This document shows positions 36,520-50,792 of a stretch of DNA of 64,000 nucleotides, piece by piece. The translations under genes and the position numbers were made by a program. Source of the stretch: Eledone cirrhosa. Lineage: Eukaryota. The stretch is from assembly GCA_964016885.1 (NCBI GenBank), contig OZ024741.1, positions 377,828,001 through 377,892,000 on the forward strand, in the 5' to 3' direction. The notes below the pieces were generated by a model. The model made no database searches and was not told where the DNA came from. It saw nothing but the letters and a program-made list of their open reading frames with translations. How positions within the stretch are numbered: the first letter of the stretch is position 1; every line of letters begins with the position of its first letter.

Positions 36520-39500
36520 ATCCCGTGTCCAAGAAATACCGGGATGGCGGCCGGCGGGGAATAGCCATGTCTCTAGGGGAGAACGACCCCTCTAGTCTTG
36601 GTTGACACTCGTTCTAAAAGTGGTAACACGAAATGATTACCCCTTGGCGGATAAGGATAAAACGCGACAAAATAAAGTAAATGTCTAATGATAAAATCTC
36701 ATACCGTCACCCGGGTAAAAAAGGGCCGCGTCCCTCAGAGAGGAACCAGACTGGGGTCGAAAAATCAGCTAATGGTTCAAACCTTCCCATCACTTCGGAG
36801 CTGGAGACCTCCCATAACCGGAATACTCCTACTGTTGGCCCTCCATGCTCACCACCAAGAAATCCAAAGAAAAAGAGAGAAAAATGGTCAAGGGAAGATA
36901 ATAAAGAAGTCCTTGACGCTTTCTACACTGCCATGTACTACCCATCAAATATATCGAATACAGAACAAACATATATCAACTGCAAAAAGAAACATCCCGA
37001 AAACAGAGGCTATATTGACAGTAACAAACTAGCCAATATACGAAGAAATATTGTAAGAAAAAAGTTACAAACTGATATAGAAATTGATCAGATCAAGCTA
37101 GTAGCACAAAGTCAGCGAATGGAAAATGAAGCATGTGTCAGTGAAAACGAGGTAAACTGTAACACTTCGAATCCCAGGGTTGGGGCGGAATCACTGGCAA
37201 CAGAACAAATTAAAGAGAGGAGCGAAAAAATGGAGGGAGTGCATGCTCAGGATGAAACTCCAAATGAAAATAATGAGATCGTAAATGATAAAGAAATGAA
37301 TGAGAATGAACTTGCCAACTTGAAGGATGAAATTATGATCGAATGGATGAAAATGAAAGATTCTGACATGGGGTAACGAGACACCCTCCCTAAGATCCAG
37401 AACTCCAAACAGAACCAAAAGATAATACACAAGACTAACATAATTCTCAAAAACATTATCATCACAAACAAACTAAACATTACTGACTTAAATCATCTCT
37501 ATTATGCATCGGCTAAAGTCACCACTCACTTATGTGGAGTGAAGATGAAAAAACAAAGGAATTCCAACAAGAAATCTACTTGGCAAGATAACATCAATCG
37601 CCAAATAAACCTTCTCCGATCTGACATAGACATTTTAACAAACTATAAAGTAGGTGAACATGTTAAACTAAACTTAGAAAATTGAAAAAAAAGTACAGTA
37701 TAAGATCAACATGTGACATAGACATGCTGATAGAAACAATCAAGCAAAAAGTGTCGGCCAAAGCTGCTCGTATAAGGCGCTTTGAAAAACGATCTAGATT
37801 CTATAAGGACAATAATATGTTAAAAAACAACCAAAGAAACTTCTACAGAAAAATTGGTAAGTCAACAATAACTGCTAAATCAATACCACCCAAGGAGGAA
37901 GTGCAAGAATTCTGCGAAAAGATCTGGGCCGAAGAAAAAGTTCATAACATACCTGCCCCATGGATAGACAGACAAATGAAAGAAACAGCTCACCTTGAAG
38001 AACAAACATGGGAAAATACAACAGTTGAACAGCTGCGCTTGGCTCTAAGAAAAACCATCAAATGGAAATCCCCAGGAAAAGACAAAATACAAAACTTTTG
38101 GATAAATGCCTTCACAGAGTCTCATGAGCTGTTAGCCCAACTTTACAATGAAATAGTTAAGGAGCCAGAAAAGATACCATCATGGCTAGTTAACGGCATT
38201 ACATACCTGCTACCGAAGAATGATGAGACAAACAATCCCAAAAATTACAGACCGATAACCTGCTTGACCACAATGTATAAAATGTTAACATCAGTCCTAA
38301 CTGAATACACATATGACCACCTGATAATAAATGACCTATTTCCCACTGAGCAGAAAGGGTGTAAACGAGACTCATATGGCTGTAAGGATCAGCTTCTGGT
38401 TAACAAAATGATACTGGAGGATTGTCATAATAGACACAAAAATCTATCGATTGCTTGGATAGATTATAAAAAAGCATTCGATAGTTTGCCACACAGTTGG
38501 ATTGAAAAATGTTTAGAGATTTTCAAAATATCCCCCGTTGTCAGGAGGTTTTTGTCATTCAGTATGAAGACATGGTGAACGACACTCCGTTTGAATAATG
38601 AAACAAAATCACTGGAAGCTAGAGAAGTTAACATTAATTGTGGAATGTTTCAGGGTGACTCTTTATCACCGCTTTTATTCTGCATCGCACTTATACCATT
38701 AAGTAAAATGCTCAATGAAACAAAACATGGATATAGAGTCTATGACAAAACCATTAATCACCTGTTCTACATGGATGACCTGAAACTATTTGCAAAAAAA
38801 TGATGAACAATTGCAAGGGCTATTATCCACTGTGAAGCAGTTCAGTGATGACATTAAAAGGGAGTTTGGACTGGATAAATGCGCCAAAGCAACGTTCACC
38901 AGAGGAAAGCTGCTGAAGAGTTCAGACATTAATCTTGATCGGGGGAACGTGATAAGAGAGCTTGATCAAGAAAAAACTTACAAATATCTAGGTGTTTGTG
39001 AAGGATACGGAATCAAGCACTCGACAATGAGGGAAAGGATAAGGAAGGAATGTTACCGCAGAGTCAGAGTAATCTTAAGAACGGAATTGAATGCAAGGAA
39101 TAGGATCGATGCCATAAACACGCTTGCCATACCAGTAGTAACCTACAGTTACAATGTCATCAACTGGTCAAGCACAGAGATCCGTAGGCTCAATACAAAA
39201 ATCCGAAAATTCTTAACCATGCACAGAATGCATCACCCTAAGTCAGATATAGATAGAATATATCTCCCTAGGAAAGAAGGAGGACGTGGGTTAATCCAGT
39301 TAGACATTGCGTTGAAAACTGCAACAATTGGATTATCCACATATCTAAGGGAATCACATGATTGGATGATCAAACTCGTTTTGAAACACGAAAGCACCAA
39401 AAGATCATATTCCATTACAAAAGATACACAGAGATACAGTAATGGACTACAAATTTCAGAAGTCCCATTTACTGCTGAAATGGAAAACACAGAAAAAGCA

Positions 39501-40390
39501 AAGCAGGTAAAAGTAACTGCAAAGAAAGAACTGCTACAGAAACTGGCTAAGAAATGGCAAGAAAAGCCTCTGAGCGAGCTAACAATCCTGATGTTGACAA
39601 TACTTTAACCCATCAGTGGTTGGCATCCTGTGAACTGAAATCGGATACTGAATGACTGATTATATCAGCACAAGATCAGTGTCTGCCAACAAAAATTACC
39701 AAGCCAACATAATAAAAAATGGATGCAACCCATTATGCCGTGTATGTAAAAAACAACCATATAAATTCAATGTGCAGTCCTATAGCTCCAACCGAATACC
39801 TAAACAGGCATGACAGAGCTGCACAATACATACATTGGATAATGTGTAAGCATTTTGACCTGCATCATCAAAAGAATTGGTGGGAGCATCAACCAACTCC
39901 CATACTTGAAAAAGATCACATCTCAATCTTGTGGAACTTTAGCATTCAAACAGACCGAAAAATCGACGCAGATAGACCTGATATAATTCTGAAGGACTTT
40001 AAAAAGAGGGTATGCCTGCTAATTGATATGTCCGTTCCAATAGACAAGAATGTATCTATAAAAACATTTGAAAACTTTAGCAAGTATAAGGACCTGGAGA
40101 TAGAAATGAGAAAAATGTGGAAATTGAGAACTAAAACAATACCAGTGGTTGTAGGCGCTCAAGGAATGATGCCTAAGGGGTCTAATGATTACTTATCGCA
40201 AATCCCAGGAAACCCGCGTATAGGAGAAATACAAAAGATAGTACTAATGGGAACTGCCCATATAGTAAGGAAGATGCTGTCAATATAAGTACATCACAAG
40301 TCTAAACACCTAAAGATGCATGTGTGTGTATGTATGTTCTTTCTTGAACATGGCGGACCATATTGTCTCTTGAGGTCACTGGTTGTGACT
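36520..40390 (+). mobile_element. R4/Dong-clade LINE family 1, near full length, inactivated; 3' UTR cut at 40390
   Basis: Single ORF in pieces 36681-40288: WKSPGKD, YRPITCL, WIDYKKAFDS, FQGDSLSP, FYMDD, RHD, RPDII..LIDMSVP..KY (RLE). Confidence 0.93.
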
Positions 40391-42245
40391 ATCTCCCTGG
40401 AAGATACCTCTCTTGATCTTCACGCTTCCCATGGATTCTCCAGCTGATGTTAACTCTGTTTCCCAGGTCTTTTGCCCAACAACTGTCTGATGTTATCTGC
40501 CACCCTGGAGATCTTCAGGGTGGCAGATGACATCAGACAGTTGTTGGGAAAAGGTATGAAGTCCTGAGAGACAGAGTTAACATCAGCTGGAGAATCATTG
40601 GTAAGCGTGAAGATCAAGAGAGGTATCTTCCAGGGAGATAGTTTGTCCCCTCTGTTGTTTGTCCTTGCCCTGATGCCCCTGACCTGAGAAAAGTGAGAGC
40701 AGGATACACGTTGGGAAAGGGAGGGCTTACCATCAATCACCTCCTCTTCATGGACGATCTTAAGCTCTTCCGGAAGAGCGAGAAGGAGTTGGATGTGCTT
40801 GTTGACACTGTCCGTATTTTCAGCAATTATATATGTATGCAATTTGGTATTAGTAAGTGTGGAGTCCTTGTGATGAAGAGGGGTAAATTGAGCAGAAGTA
40901 ACGGAATCCAGGTACCAACAGGTGAGATGATAAAGGAAATTGACACTGAAGAAGGATCTGGGGGCTGAAGACATCAAGAACAAAAAAATGAAGGAATTGA
41001 TAAGAACTGAATACATTCGGGGAATAAGGAGCGTATTAAAGTCACATCTGAACAGTAGGAATGCCATAAGTGCAGTAAATTCCCGAGCTGCGTCTATTAT
41101 TAGGTACAGTGCGGGAATTCTGAGATGGAATGTTGCTGAACAAAAGAAATGGATAGGAAGACTAGGAAGCTATTGAGTATCTACAACATGTTCCACAAGA
41201 GGAGTGATGTCGATCGAATCTACGTAAGGAGATCTGAAGGTGGAAGAGGTCTTATAAGCATAGAGGACTGTGTTCCGATGGAGAAAAACAACCTACACAA
41301 ATACATGACTGATAGTAAGGAGCCAATGCTCAGAACTGTTCTGAAGCAGGGGACAATAGACCAGGGGATGTCCAATGAGGAAATAACATCAATGAGAAAG
41401 AGCCGCCTTCAGGAAAAATCCCTTCATAGTACCTTCTTTGAGAAAACTGAATTCAGAGATCCACAGACATGGAACAGGTTAAAAAGAGGAGACCTTAAAA
41501 AGGCTACAGAAGGAATGTTAATGGCTGCGCAGGAGCAGGCTCTCAAAACAAAGTGGTTGAATCACCATATTTACAAGGAGGAGGCTAGCCCACTGTGCAG
41601 GATCTGTGGAGAGAGAGAGGAGACTGTGGCTCACATTGTATCCGAGTGTAAACACCTTGCCCAGACTCACTATAAAGGCTGAAGACATGATGTGATAGGC
41701 AGGGTGATACACTGGCATCTATGCAAAGTAAACAATTTACCACACTACTCTGAGAAGTTGTATGAGCATAAGCCAGAGTTGGTGATAGAAAACGATCAGG
41801 TGAAGGTCCTGTGGGATTTTAGGATACAGACGGACAAGAAACTGGAACTCAATAGACCTGACCTGGTGATTGTGGACAAATAAAAAAGAACGTGCCTGAT
41901 TGTGGATGTGGTCTGCCCATTCGACACGAGAGTGCAATAGAAGGAGAGGGAGAAAATTAACCGATACCAGGACTTAAAGTAGGAGGTAAACAGGATTTGG
42001 AACTGTCATGAAGTCAAAGTGGTCCCGATTGTCATAGGCGCACTAGGTACTATCTCAAAAGGTTTCCAGGGATGGTTAAAGAAAATTGGCCCCGCCACGC
42101 CTTTTGGAACGCTTCAAAAGGCATGCTTGCTGGGAACAGAAATAACCCTCCGATACGTCCTGAATATCTGACGCTGCAGGTAGTGGATTGATATTCATTT
42201 CACCAAACTTTCCAGTTAACTAACATCAATGACTGAGACTCAAAG
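40391..42245 (+). mobile_element. R4/Dong-clade LINE family 2, 5'-truncated with fold-back inversion at its 5' end, (TAA)n tail
   Basis: IFQGDSLSP, LFMDD, GGRGL, CRIC..ETVAHIVSEC, RPDLV; 40390-40508 is the inverted copy of 40516-40640. Confidence 0.9.
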
Positions 42246-42301
<56 letters not shown>

Positions 42302-42303
<2 letters not shown>

Positions 42304-45300
42304 TTTCTTTATTGACCACAAGGGCTGATATCAAGAAAAACATTACATACGGCACAGGACGTACAATGTGCCTTTTGTGCGTGTAAAGATTTTTATATAA
42401 GAAAAGTTAAAAAAAGACATAGAACATATATATAAACAATAAAAATGAAAATTGGAACAATGAAAAATTCCCCAATAGGGTGGAAACTTCCGAAGGTTAC
42501 TTGTGGCGAAAACCACACAAAAGACCACCGCCACCCTGACCACCTGGGCAAGCGCCCTCTCTCAATATTTCCATCTCTCAAACTACAGGCGTATATTCAG
42601 AGCGGCCCCGTTCACTCAGACAATTCTCGCTATATTCACCCACCTTTCAATAAACTTGCTAGAAGTCAGCACTTGCCTCTCCACCCTGATTTTCCTCTTC
42701 AAGTGAAACTTGAAAAAGTTAATTAGGGATTCGCCGAAGAGGAAAGTGTCTGTTTTTAACCCTTTCAACCTTGTCCACCACACCATCTCTTTCGCAATAG
42801 CCGCCAGGCAGATGAAAACCGCCTGCCCTTCCTTCTCGAAGGAAGACAGCGAGACCATCTGCACAATGGACTCAATCGATAACCAGATCAGTCCTACACG
42901 AGACAGCAACTGTTCGACATAGCTCCACAAGTCAGCGATGCTCGGGCACTGAAGGAGTGCGCGCACGACGGTTTCGTCGCTCTGCGCGCATCTCGGACAG
43001 GCTCGGCTGACGGCATTTCCGTGCCTGTAGAGCTAATCCTGAACCGGCAACGCTCCCCGGTAACACTGCCAAGGATGGGATTTTTTGAGATTATGCTTAG
43101 GTCCAGGGCTGAAAGTTTTCCGGAAGAGAGCAAACAGCTGATCTTCTTCGATGCCCAGGATCTCTCCGAGAACAACGGCGCCCTTCCCCTCCACTAGTCC
43201 TCTAAAGAACGCCGAGGTGGATGTTCCACCGATACTGGTGCCCAGCCTGCTGAGATCAGTGAGCGCCTGGAGACATTCCATTTTCCAAGCGCTATCCCTC
43301 TCTTTTTCTGACCCAGGACTGCAGCTCCGTCAAGGAGACGAAACGTGAGAAAACGTGCATGGCGAACTGCCGCCACACCTCTTCACCGTCAAGGAAGCAC
43401 CAGAGGTGTCTCAACCTCAGCGCATGTTTGCGTATCATGGTATCCCTAGTCCATCACGCAACGGGTGTTGACAGCAAATGGATCTTGTTACCAGGGGTGC
43501 ACGCCCTTTCCACAAAAAGCGAAAGAGAAGGCGCTCCATTTTGGTGAGAGTTGAGCGGGGCAAGGTACGACGGTCAGGCGGTAGCAGATGACGGACGCGA
43601 TGTACGCATTCGCCACCTCCGCCCGACCTTCAGTGACAGCCTCCTCTCGGCCCGTTTCTGAGTGACAGAGGCCACCTTGCTCGTCACCTCGCTCCAGTTT
43701 TTCTACATCGGACGTCCGAACAGAACCAGACCCCGATAAATTTAACCGGCCCTTACGTCCAGCGCCCCACGACGCTGTTGGAAGGCATGGACTTGCTTCT
43801 CCAGGTGCTGAGTTGCAAGCTCACCGACGTTTTCTGGCTTATCTTTGCTCCTGTCACCGCTTCGTATTCTTTGAGAGCGGTGCCGAGCATCTGGACGTGT
43901 TTGCTGTTCAACACCACCACGGTAACGTCATCGGCGTAAGCTGATAGGATCTACCGCATTCCTGTTCGCATGGGGCCACCTCATCGTCGGTCCACCCGTG
44001 CCGGGTTCCTTAACCACCCTCTCTATGAATTATCGCAAGAGATGGAGGTGATCGTGGATGGATCTGTCCGGAATGATGCATATCTGCTCCTCTCCCGGCA
44101 GATCACCGACGACAAGCGCCAATATCTTTGCAAACACCTTAGCCAAAATCTTGAAGTTGTCCATAACGTCCCCCTTGTTCGGATCTTTTCTCAGCAGCGC
44201 CACCGCTCCCCGGCTCACAAAACTGAGAATGCTCCCGTTCTGCTCCCTGTTGCAGTAGACATCTCTCAAGTGGTCGCCGAACAAGATCTGACATATACGC
44301 ATAAAGCTCGTAGCGCAGATCATCCAAAACTGGCGATTTACGACACGTGCAGTCAGACATCTCTCCCGTATTTCACCTGTGGTAATCAGCTTTTCGCAGC
44401 ACTGCGCTGCGCTCGTCGAGAGCAGTGGCAGTTCCTCGACGTATGCACCAAAGTCCATAATCCGATCCGGCCCGACGCCGCAGACAAACAATTGAGCAAA
44501 GTGCTGTTGAAAAGCGGTACACATCTGCTCGGGTTCGCGCAACTTGCGCCCGTTTTCATGAGGCAAAGACCGAATTATGGGCTGGTTGCTACGTCATGCC
44601 TCCACCACCCGGGCCCAATGAACGGCTTTCGTACCCCCGTGTCTTAGAGCAAGCGCTCTAGCTTTGGCAACGCAGCCTTCGTTCTATTCGTTGAAGAATT
44701 GGTCGAACACCAGCCTCGCCGCAAGCACGTCGGTTGGAGATGCCTGTCCTAAACGCCTTTTCTAGCTTTCTAACACACTCTCCCTGTACTCTATTTTCCT
44801 TTATCCCTACTCCTTTGCTAAACCTTATCGATTCTACTCTAATAGCCCTTTTCAGGGCAAACCACCACCTGTTATTGACCGTCGCACCCGTCAACGCACG
44901 CTTTGCGCGCCGAGAACGACGCGTTCAGCTTCCAGTAGCCGGGCCCTTGTCTATGGAGTCTATCTAGTTCAACTTCACAGATCACAAATATCTGGTCCGT
45001 GTAGTCGACTACTTTAAATTGTGGACAACCAACACTAGCCTTATCTGTTTCCCTACAGAATACCATGTTTGTCCGTGTCCTCATTTGCACATTTGGATAA
45101 TCCAGTTTATATGTGTCAGTCAGTTCAACACGTCTAAACAGGTTGTTGGGGCTTTTACACCCTCCTGCCCTGTCTACTAGCCCCACATAATCCCAGCGTG
45201 CATCTAAGATACCGTTCTAGTCGCCCATTAACACTAAAGAGCGGGACGTTCCAAGAAAGGTCTCTAGACCTTTGAAGAAAAATGGCCGTCCTGCTCCTGT

Positions 45301-46480
45301 TGGGACTAGGCATTGGATGGAGGGGGGGGGGGCTTCTCCTTCGCTGTCTTAAGCGGGCAAAAGACGCTGAGGTGACCATTTGACCCACAGAGATAACATT
45401 TTGGGTTTCTTATTTAACGCCTATAGGTAGTTGGAGTCCTTCCTCGATGTCTATGTTATTGGGGATAGCCACGATGCAATCCTGGTCAGTGTCTATTAGC
45501 ATTTGCATGCGTATACCTGACTAGTTCTCTCTCCCTATTTTCTATACTTGTAGCATGGTTGTCTTGTCCTCGATTCCAGCAAGTACAGATGCGGGCAGCC
45601 AAGGTATGGGCACGACGGGTGGGTCCTATGTCACTTTGACCCTCACAATGTTCTGCCCACATTAGGAGGGCACCAACACTATCTCCTCACTCTTTAGCGT
45701 TTCCAATGGGGGAAACTTCGCAACTTGGTGGGTAGTGAAAAGTACGTCTAGTGTTTGATACTTTCTGCCTCGAGTGATATGATTTTGCGTGCCCAGACGC
45801 ACCCCAAAGTCTTTGGGATTTGAGCCTCCGTGGCTTTCTCCACCCGATGTGACATTTTGTTTACGGTACGGTAAGTCACTGTCTGTAGCTGCTGGTTTTG
45901 AAAAAAATCGGGTGGAGGTTTCTGTGAAACTCTATTGGTGTTTCATGTCACCATTGGCCTTACGACTGCCATCTCCTCCTCTGTGACTAGCACTGTTTCG
46001 ATATTTCGGCCCACACCTGCAAAAGAAGTGGCCCCTTTTTTAGCGGCACCATTATTGCTGCCGCTACTGGTCTTGCTGCTGATGCTGAGATCGTTGTTAC
46101 TGGTATTGATGTCATTGTTGTTGTTTTCGTTGGTATTGTTTTTGATGTTATTGTTTTCATTGTTGTTATTCTCGTTGCTAGTGTTATGGTGGCTGTTGAT
46201 ATTATTGTAGTTTTTGTTGATACTGTTCCCACTATTATTGTTGTTGTGGCTGTTGTTATTGTCATTGTTAGTCTATCTCGACCTTACCGCTGATATTTTT
46301 GTTGTTGCTGTTGTTATTGATGGTGTTTTTGTTGGTGTTATTGTTGGTGTTGTTTGTGTTAGGAATATTTCGTAATTTTCAATATCATTAAAAATTATAT
46401 AGTATCACTTTTCCTCCGTAATATTTTGATCTAAATTTACCTTCGCTAGAACGCTGCCTTGCAGACATGTTGATAAAGTC
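42302..46480 (-). mobile_element. Tx1 family C, old internally deleted copy
   Basis: APE (GPGYWKLN), RT (SRGAVALLRKD, SIHDHLHL, AYADD), CCHC remnants and N/T-rich ORF1 remnant; 3' end abuts (AAT)n. Confidence 0.85.
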
Positions 46481-46524
46481 TCACTCTCTCTGTATTGTCT
46501 GACAGCGCTCTCTCTCTCTTTCTT

Positions 46525-47070
46525 GTGTTATCCACTGGCATCTATGCAAAGTAAACAATTTACCACATTCGGAGAAGTGGTATGAGCATAAGCCAGAGTC
46601 GGTAATAGAAAACGATCAGCTGAAGGTGCTATGGGATTTTAGGATACAGACGTACAAATAATTGGAACACAATAGGCCTGACCTGGTGGTTTGGACAAGG
46701 AAAAAAAGGTTATGCCTGATTGTAGATGTAGCCTGCCCATTTGACACGAGAGTGCAAGAAAAAAGGAGAGGGAGAAAATTAACCGATGTAGGATTTAAAT
46801 TGGGAGTTTAAAAGTATTTGGAACATGCCATGAAATCAAGGTCGTCCCGATTGTAATTAGGCGCACTAGGTACTATTTCAAAGAGTTAAAGAAGATTAGT
46901 CCAAAGAAGATTAGTATAGCCCCGCTTTTTGGAACACTTCAAACGGCATGCTTGCTGGGAACAGCAATAACCCTCCGATACGCCCGGAATATCTGAGGCT
47001 GCAGGTAGCGGCTTGATATTAATTTCAACAAACTTTCCAGTTAAATAACATCAATGACTGAAACTCAAAG
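46525..47070 (+). mobile_element. R4/Dong family 2 3' fragment with (TAA)n tail
   Basis: Colinear with 41705-42245. Confidence 0.88.
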
Positions 47071-47340
47071 AATAATAATAATAATAATGATTTCATTTAT
47101 TGGCCACAAGGGCCGACATATAGGGGACAACACAATAGACAGGGACAGTGGGGGTTTACATACAGATCGAGTAAGTATAAATAACAAAAAACAAAATAAC
47201 AATAAAAATACAACAATGAAAGTTCCCCAATAAGAGGGATCACCACCCAGGGTTGACTCAAGCACCCCACCAGTCCTGAGCCACCCGACGCTCCTAGGGC
47301 ACCCGGGAAGGGCACCCCTCTCCTTCTCGAATTCACCAGC

Positions 47341-50300
47341 CTACAGGCGCATGATCAGAGTAGGCCCACTCACGCGGGCCATTCTCGCCACATTCACCCA
47401 CCTTTCAGTAAATGTACTGGGGGGCAGCACTTCTCTCTCCACCCTCACCTTCCTTTCCAAGTGAAACTTGAAGAAGTTGATGAGGGATTGGCCGAAGAGA
47501 AAAGTGTCTGTCTTCAGTCCTTTCAACCTGGTCCACCATGCAACCTCTTTCGCTACTGCCACCAGGCAGAGGAAAATTGCCTGCCCTTCCTGACCAAAAG
47601 AAGGCGGCGGGTCAATATTCACTATGGACTCGGACGATAGCCGGATCCGTTCTACACGCGACAATAGCTGTTCGACATAACCCCACAAGTCAGCAATGCA
47701 CGGACACTGGACGAGTGCGTGCAGAACGGTTTCGTCGCTCTGCGCGCATCTCGGGCAGGTTCGTCTGACAGCACTTCCGTGCCTCTAGAGTTTATCCCGA
47801 ACCGGCAGCGGCCCCCGGTAGCACTGCCAAGCGAGGGATATCTGGAAGTTATCCATCGTCCCCGGCTCGAAAGTTCTCCGGAACATACTGGTCAGTTCTA
47901 CTTCGTTGACACCTAGAGCCTCTCCTAGTACGTCATCGTACTTGCCCTCCACTAATCCTCTATAGAAATCTTGAGTGGAAGTTCCACTGACCGCATTGCC
48001 CACCTTGCAGAGTGCAGTGAGGGCCTGGCAACATTCCCGATGGCAGTCGCCCAGTCTCGGTCTCTTCTTGACCCAGGACTGCAGCTCTGTCAAAGAGATG
48101 AGCTGCGGAAAGGCCCGTCTAACAAACGGCGACCACACCTGTTCACCGTTTAGGCAAAATATCTGGAGATGTCGCAGCCTCAGCGCATGTCTGCGCATCA
48201 TTAGCCACGGCATGCCCAGCCCTCCACGAAGAGGGTGCTGGCAGCAGATGGACCGCCTCACCAACGGGACCCGTCCCCTCCACAAAAATTTGAAAAGGAG
48301 CCGTTCCAAATTGGCGAGGCGTGGACGGGGGCAAGGCACGACGGTCAGGCGGTAGTAGATGACGGACGCGATGTACGCGTTCGCCACCTCCGCGCGCCCT
48401 TTCAGTGATAGCTTTCTCTCAGCCCATTTCTGGGTGAGGTTGGCTATCCTGCTCGTCACCTCGTCCCAATTCTTATCCACCTGGAGGTCTGGTCCGAACC
48501 AAACCCCGAGCAACTTTACCGGTCCGTCTGTCCAGCGCCCAATGACGCTGTTGGACGGCATGGACTTGCCTCTCCAGGTGCCGAGCTGCAAGCCCACCGA
48601 CTTTTCCGGGTTAAGTTTTGCTCCCGTCAACCTTTCATATTCCTCCAAATGGGTGGGGATCACCTCGATTTCCGAGGTGTCCGACACCATCACGGTGATG
48701 TCGTCCGCATAAGCGGACGCAGCCTTTCTACGTCCCGGTTCGAGCGGGATGCCCAGCAACAACTCCAGCTTCCGCAGTAGAGGCTCAAGAGTCAATACGT
48801 ACAGAAGTGAGGAGAGAGGGCACCCTTGACGGACCGATCGAGAGATCTGAAACGGTTCCGAGAGGTGGCCATTAACTTTGACCACCGAGCAGATGCCGCT
48901 GTACATTGCAGCGATCCAGCTTCTGAAGACGGGGCCGAAGCCAGCCACCTCGAGGACAGCCTCCAAGTACCGATGGTCGACCCTATCGAATGCTTTCGAT
49001 TGATCTAAATTGATCAGAGCCCCACCGAAGCCAGGTTTGCACCCAACCCTCTCTATGATGTATCGCATGAGGTGGAGGTTGTCGTGTATGGACCTGGTCG
49101 GGATTGCGCAAGTTTGCGCCTCCCCAACCAAATCTGTGACGACAAGCGCCAACCTTTTCGCTAACACCTTGGCCAAAATCTTAAACTCTATGTTGAGCAG
49201 GGTTATGGGCCTGAAATTATCTAGTGTGTCCCTCTTGTTCTCGTCTTTCCTTATCAGCGTCACTACGCCACGGCTCACAGAACTGGGAATGCTCCCGTTC
49301 TGCTGCCAGTTGCAGTAGAGCGCTTCGAGGAGATCGGAGAACAAGTCTGGCATATTTACGTAAAGCTCGTAGGGCAGACCATCCAAACCGGGTGACTTGC
49401 GACTCGAGCAGCCGACAAGGGCGTCCTGAATTTCGACTGATGTTATCGGCTCTTCGCAGCGCTCAGCGTCGGCCGTCGAGAGGCGTGGCAAGCCGTCGAG
49501 GTAGGGACTGAAGTCCGCCGCCGTCTCCGACTCACCCATCCCCCCGAACAATCGAGCAAAGTGCTGGCAAAAGGCCTCACACATCTGTTTGGAATCGCTC
49601 AGTTCGTGTCCATCTCGATCCGTCAAAGACCGAATTGTGGTTTTATTTCCACGCTGCCTCTTTGCAAAGCGAGCCCATCGGGCAGCTTTGGTTCCCTCGT
49701 TCCTCAGAGCACGCGCCTTAGCTCTGACAATGCAACCTTCGTGTTTCGCATTGAAGAAATGGTCTAGTGCCATTCTCGCCGCTAGCACGTCTGTTGCAAT
49801 GCCACTACAAATAGCCTCGTCTAACTTAGCTAACAGCCCCTCCTCCTTTCTATTTTTCTCTATTGCTACTTATTTGCTAAATCCTATCGAGGTTGCTCTA
49901 ATCTCTCTTTTGAGAGCCCCCCACCACCTGTTGTTGACAACCCCCCCCCCTGTCAACTTTTGCTTAACTAAGTTGTTGACCCGGTCCCTGTAAGCTTTAC
50001 GTGCCGGAAACGACATGTTTAGCTTCCAGTAGCTAGGTCCTAACCTACGTGTCTTATCTAGGTCGACCATACAGATCACAAGCTTGTGATCTGAATAGGC
50101 AACCGTTTTAAAATGTGGACATCCTACACTATTTCTATCTCTTTTCCTAATGAAAATCCTATCTATGTACGATCTAGATGACCCTATGCGATTGGTCCAG
50201 GTCCATACTGGCGCATTAGGGAAATCTAGTCGGTACCTGTCAGACAGTTGAAACTGGCTGATCAGGTACTTGAGGCTTTTGCACCCCCCGCTCCTATCAG

Positions 50301-50763
50301 ATACTCCCACACAATCCCAGCGTGCTTCTAAGATGCCATTCCAATCCCCTATTAACAGTAAAGGGCGAGACGTAAGCAGAAAGTGTTCCAGGCGCCTAAA
50401 GAAGTCCGGCCGACCGGCCCCAGTAGGGGCGTAGACGGCCACCAGTCTAAAGGCACCACCTTCGCTATTGCTCACGTCCAGGACCACCAACTTTCCGTCA
50501 GGATCCCGGAAGATTGACCTTACCTCGAGATCCAGACATTTCCTAAACAGCACAGCCACTCCACCTCCCATTCCCGGCCGACTAACAGATGCAAAGATCT
50601 GATAATCGTCGAAAATCGGCGCCAGTGCGCGTGTGTTGAAAATTCTGGTCTCGCTGATGGCAATTACATCCATTCCTAGTGACCTGAGGTCGTTGAGCAA
50701 GTGACCTTGCTTCCAGGGCGACCCCAGGCCACGAACATTTAAACTTCCTACTCTTATGGCCAT
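47341..50763 (-). pseudogene. Tx1 family B ORF2 (APE, RT, CCHC), nearly intact
   Basis: SLNVRGL, ISET, VYAP, IGDWN, SYIDR, SDH; 667-aa RT ORF with AYADD. Confidence 0.93.
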
Positions 50764-50792
50764 GCTGGCAGGATGAATGGGAGAGGAAAGGT

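Noticed and set aside
36720-36780. GAACCA..GCTAA-TGGTTC resembling HDV ribozyme P2 and J4/2
   Set aside because: No P1, P1.1 or L3 UCC; lies within the coding frame
43970-44647. Long antisense ORFs over Tx1 elements (also 50839-51420, 52305-52778)
   Set aside because: Shadow frames of GC-rich or low-complexity LINE coding sequence
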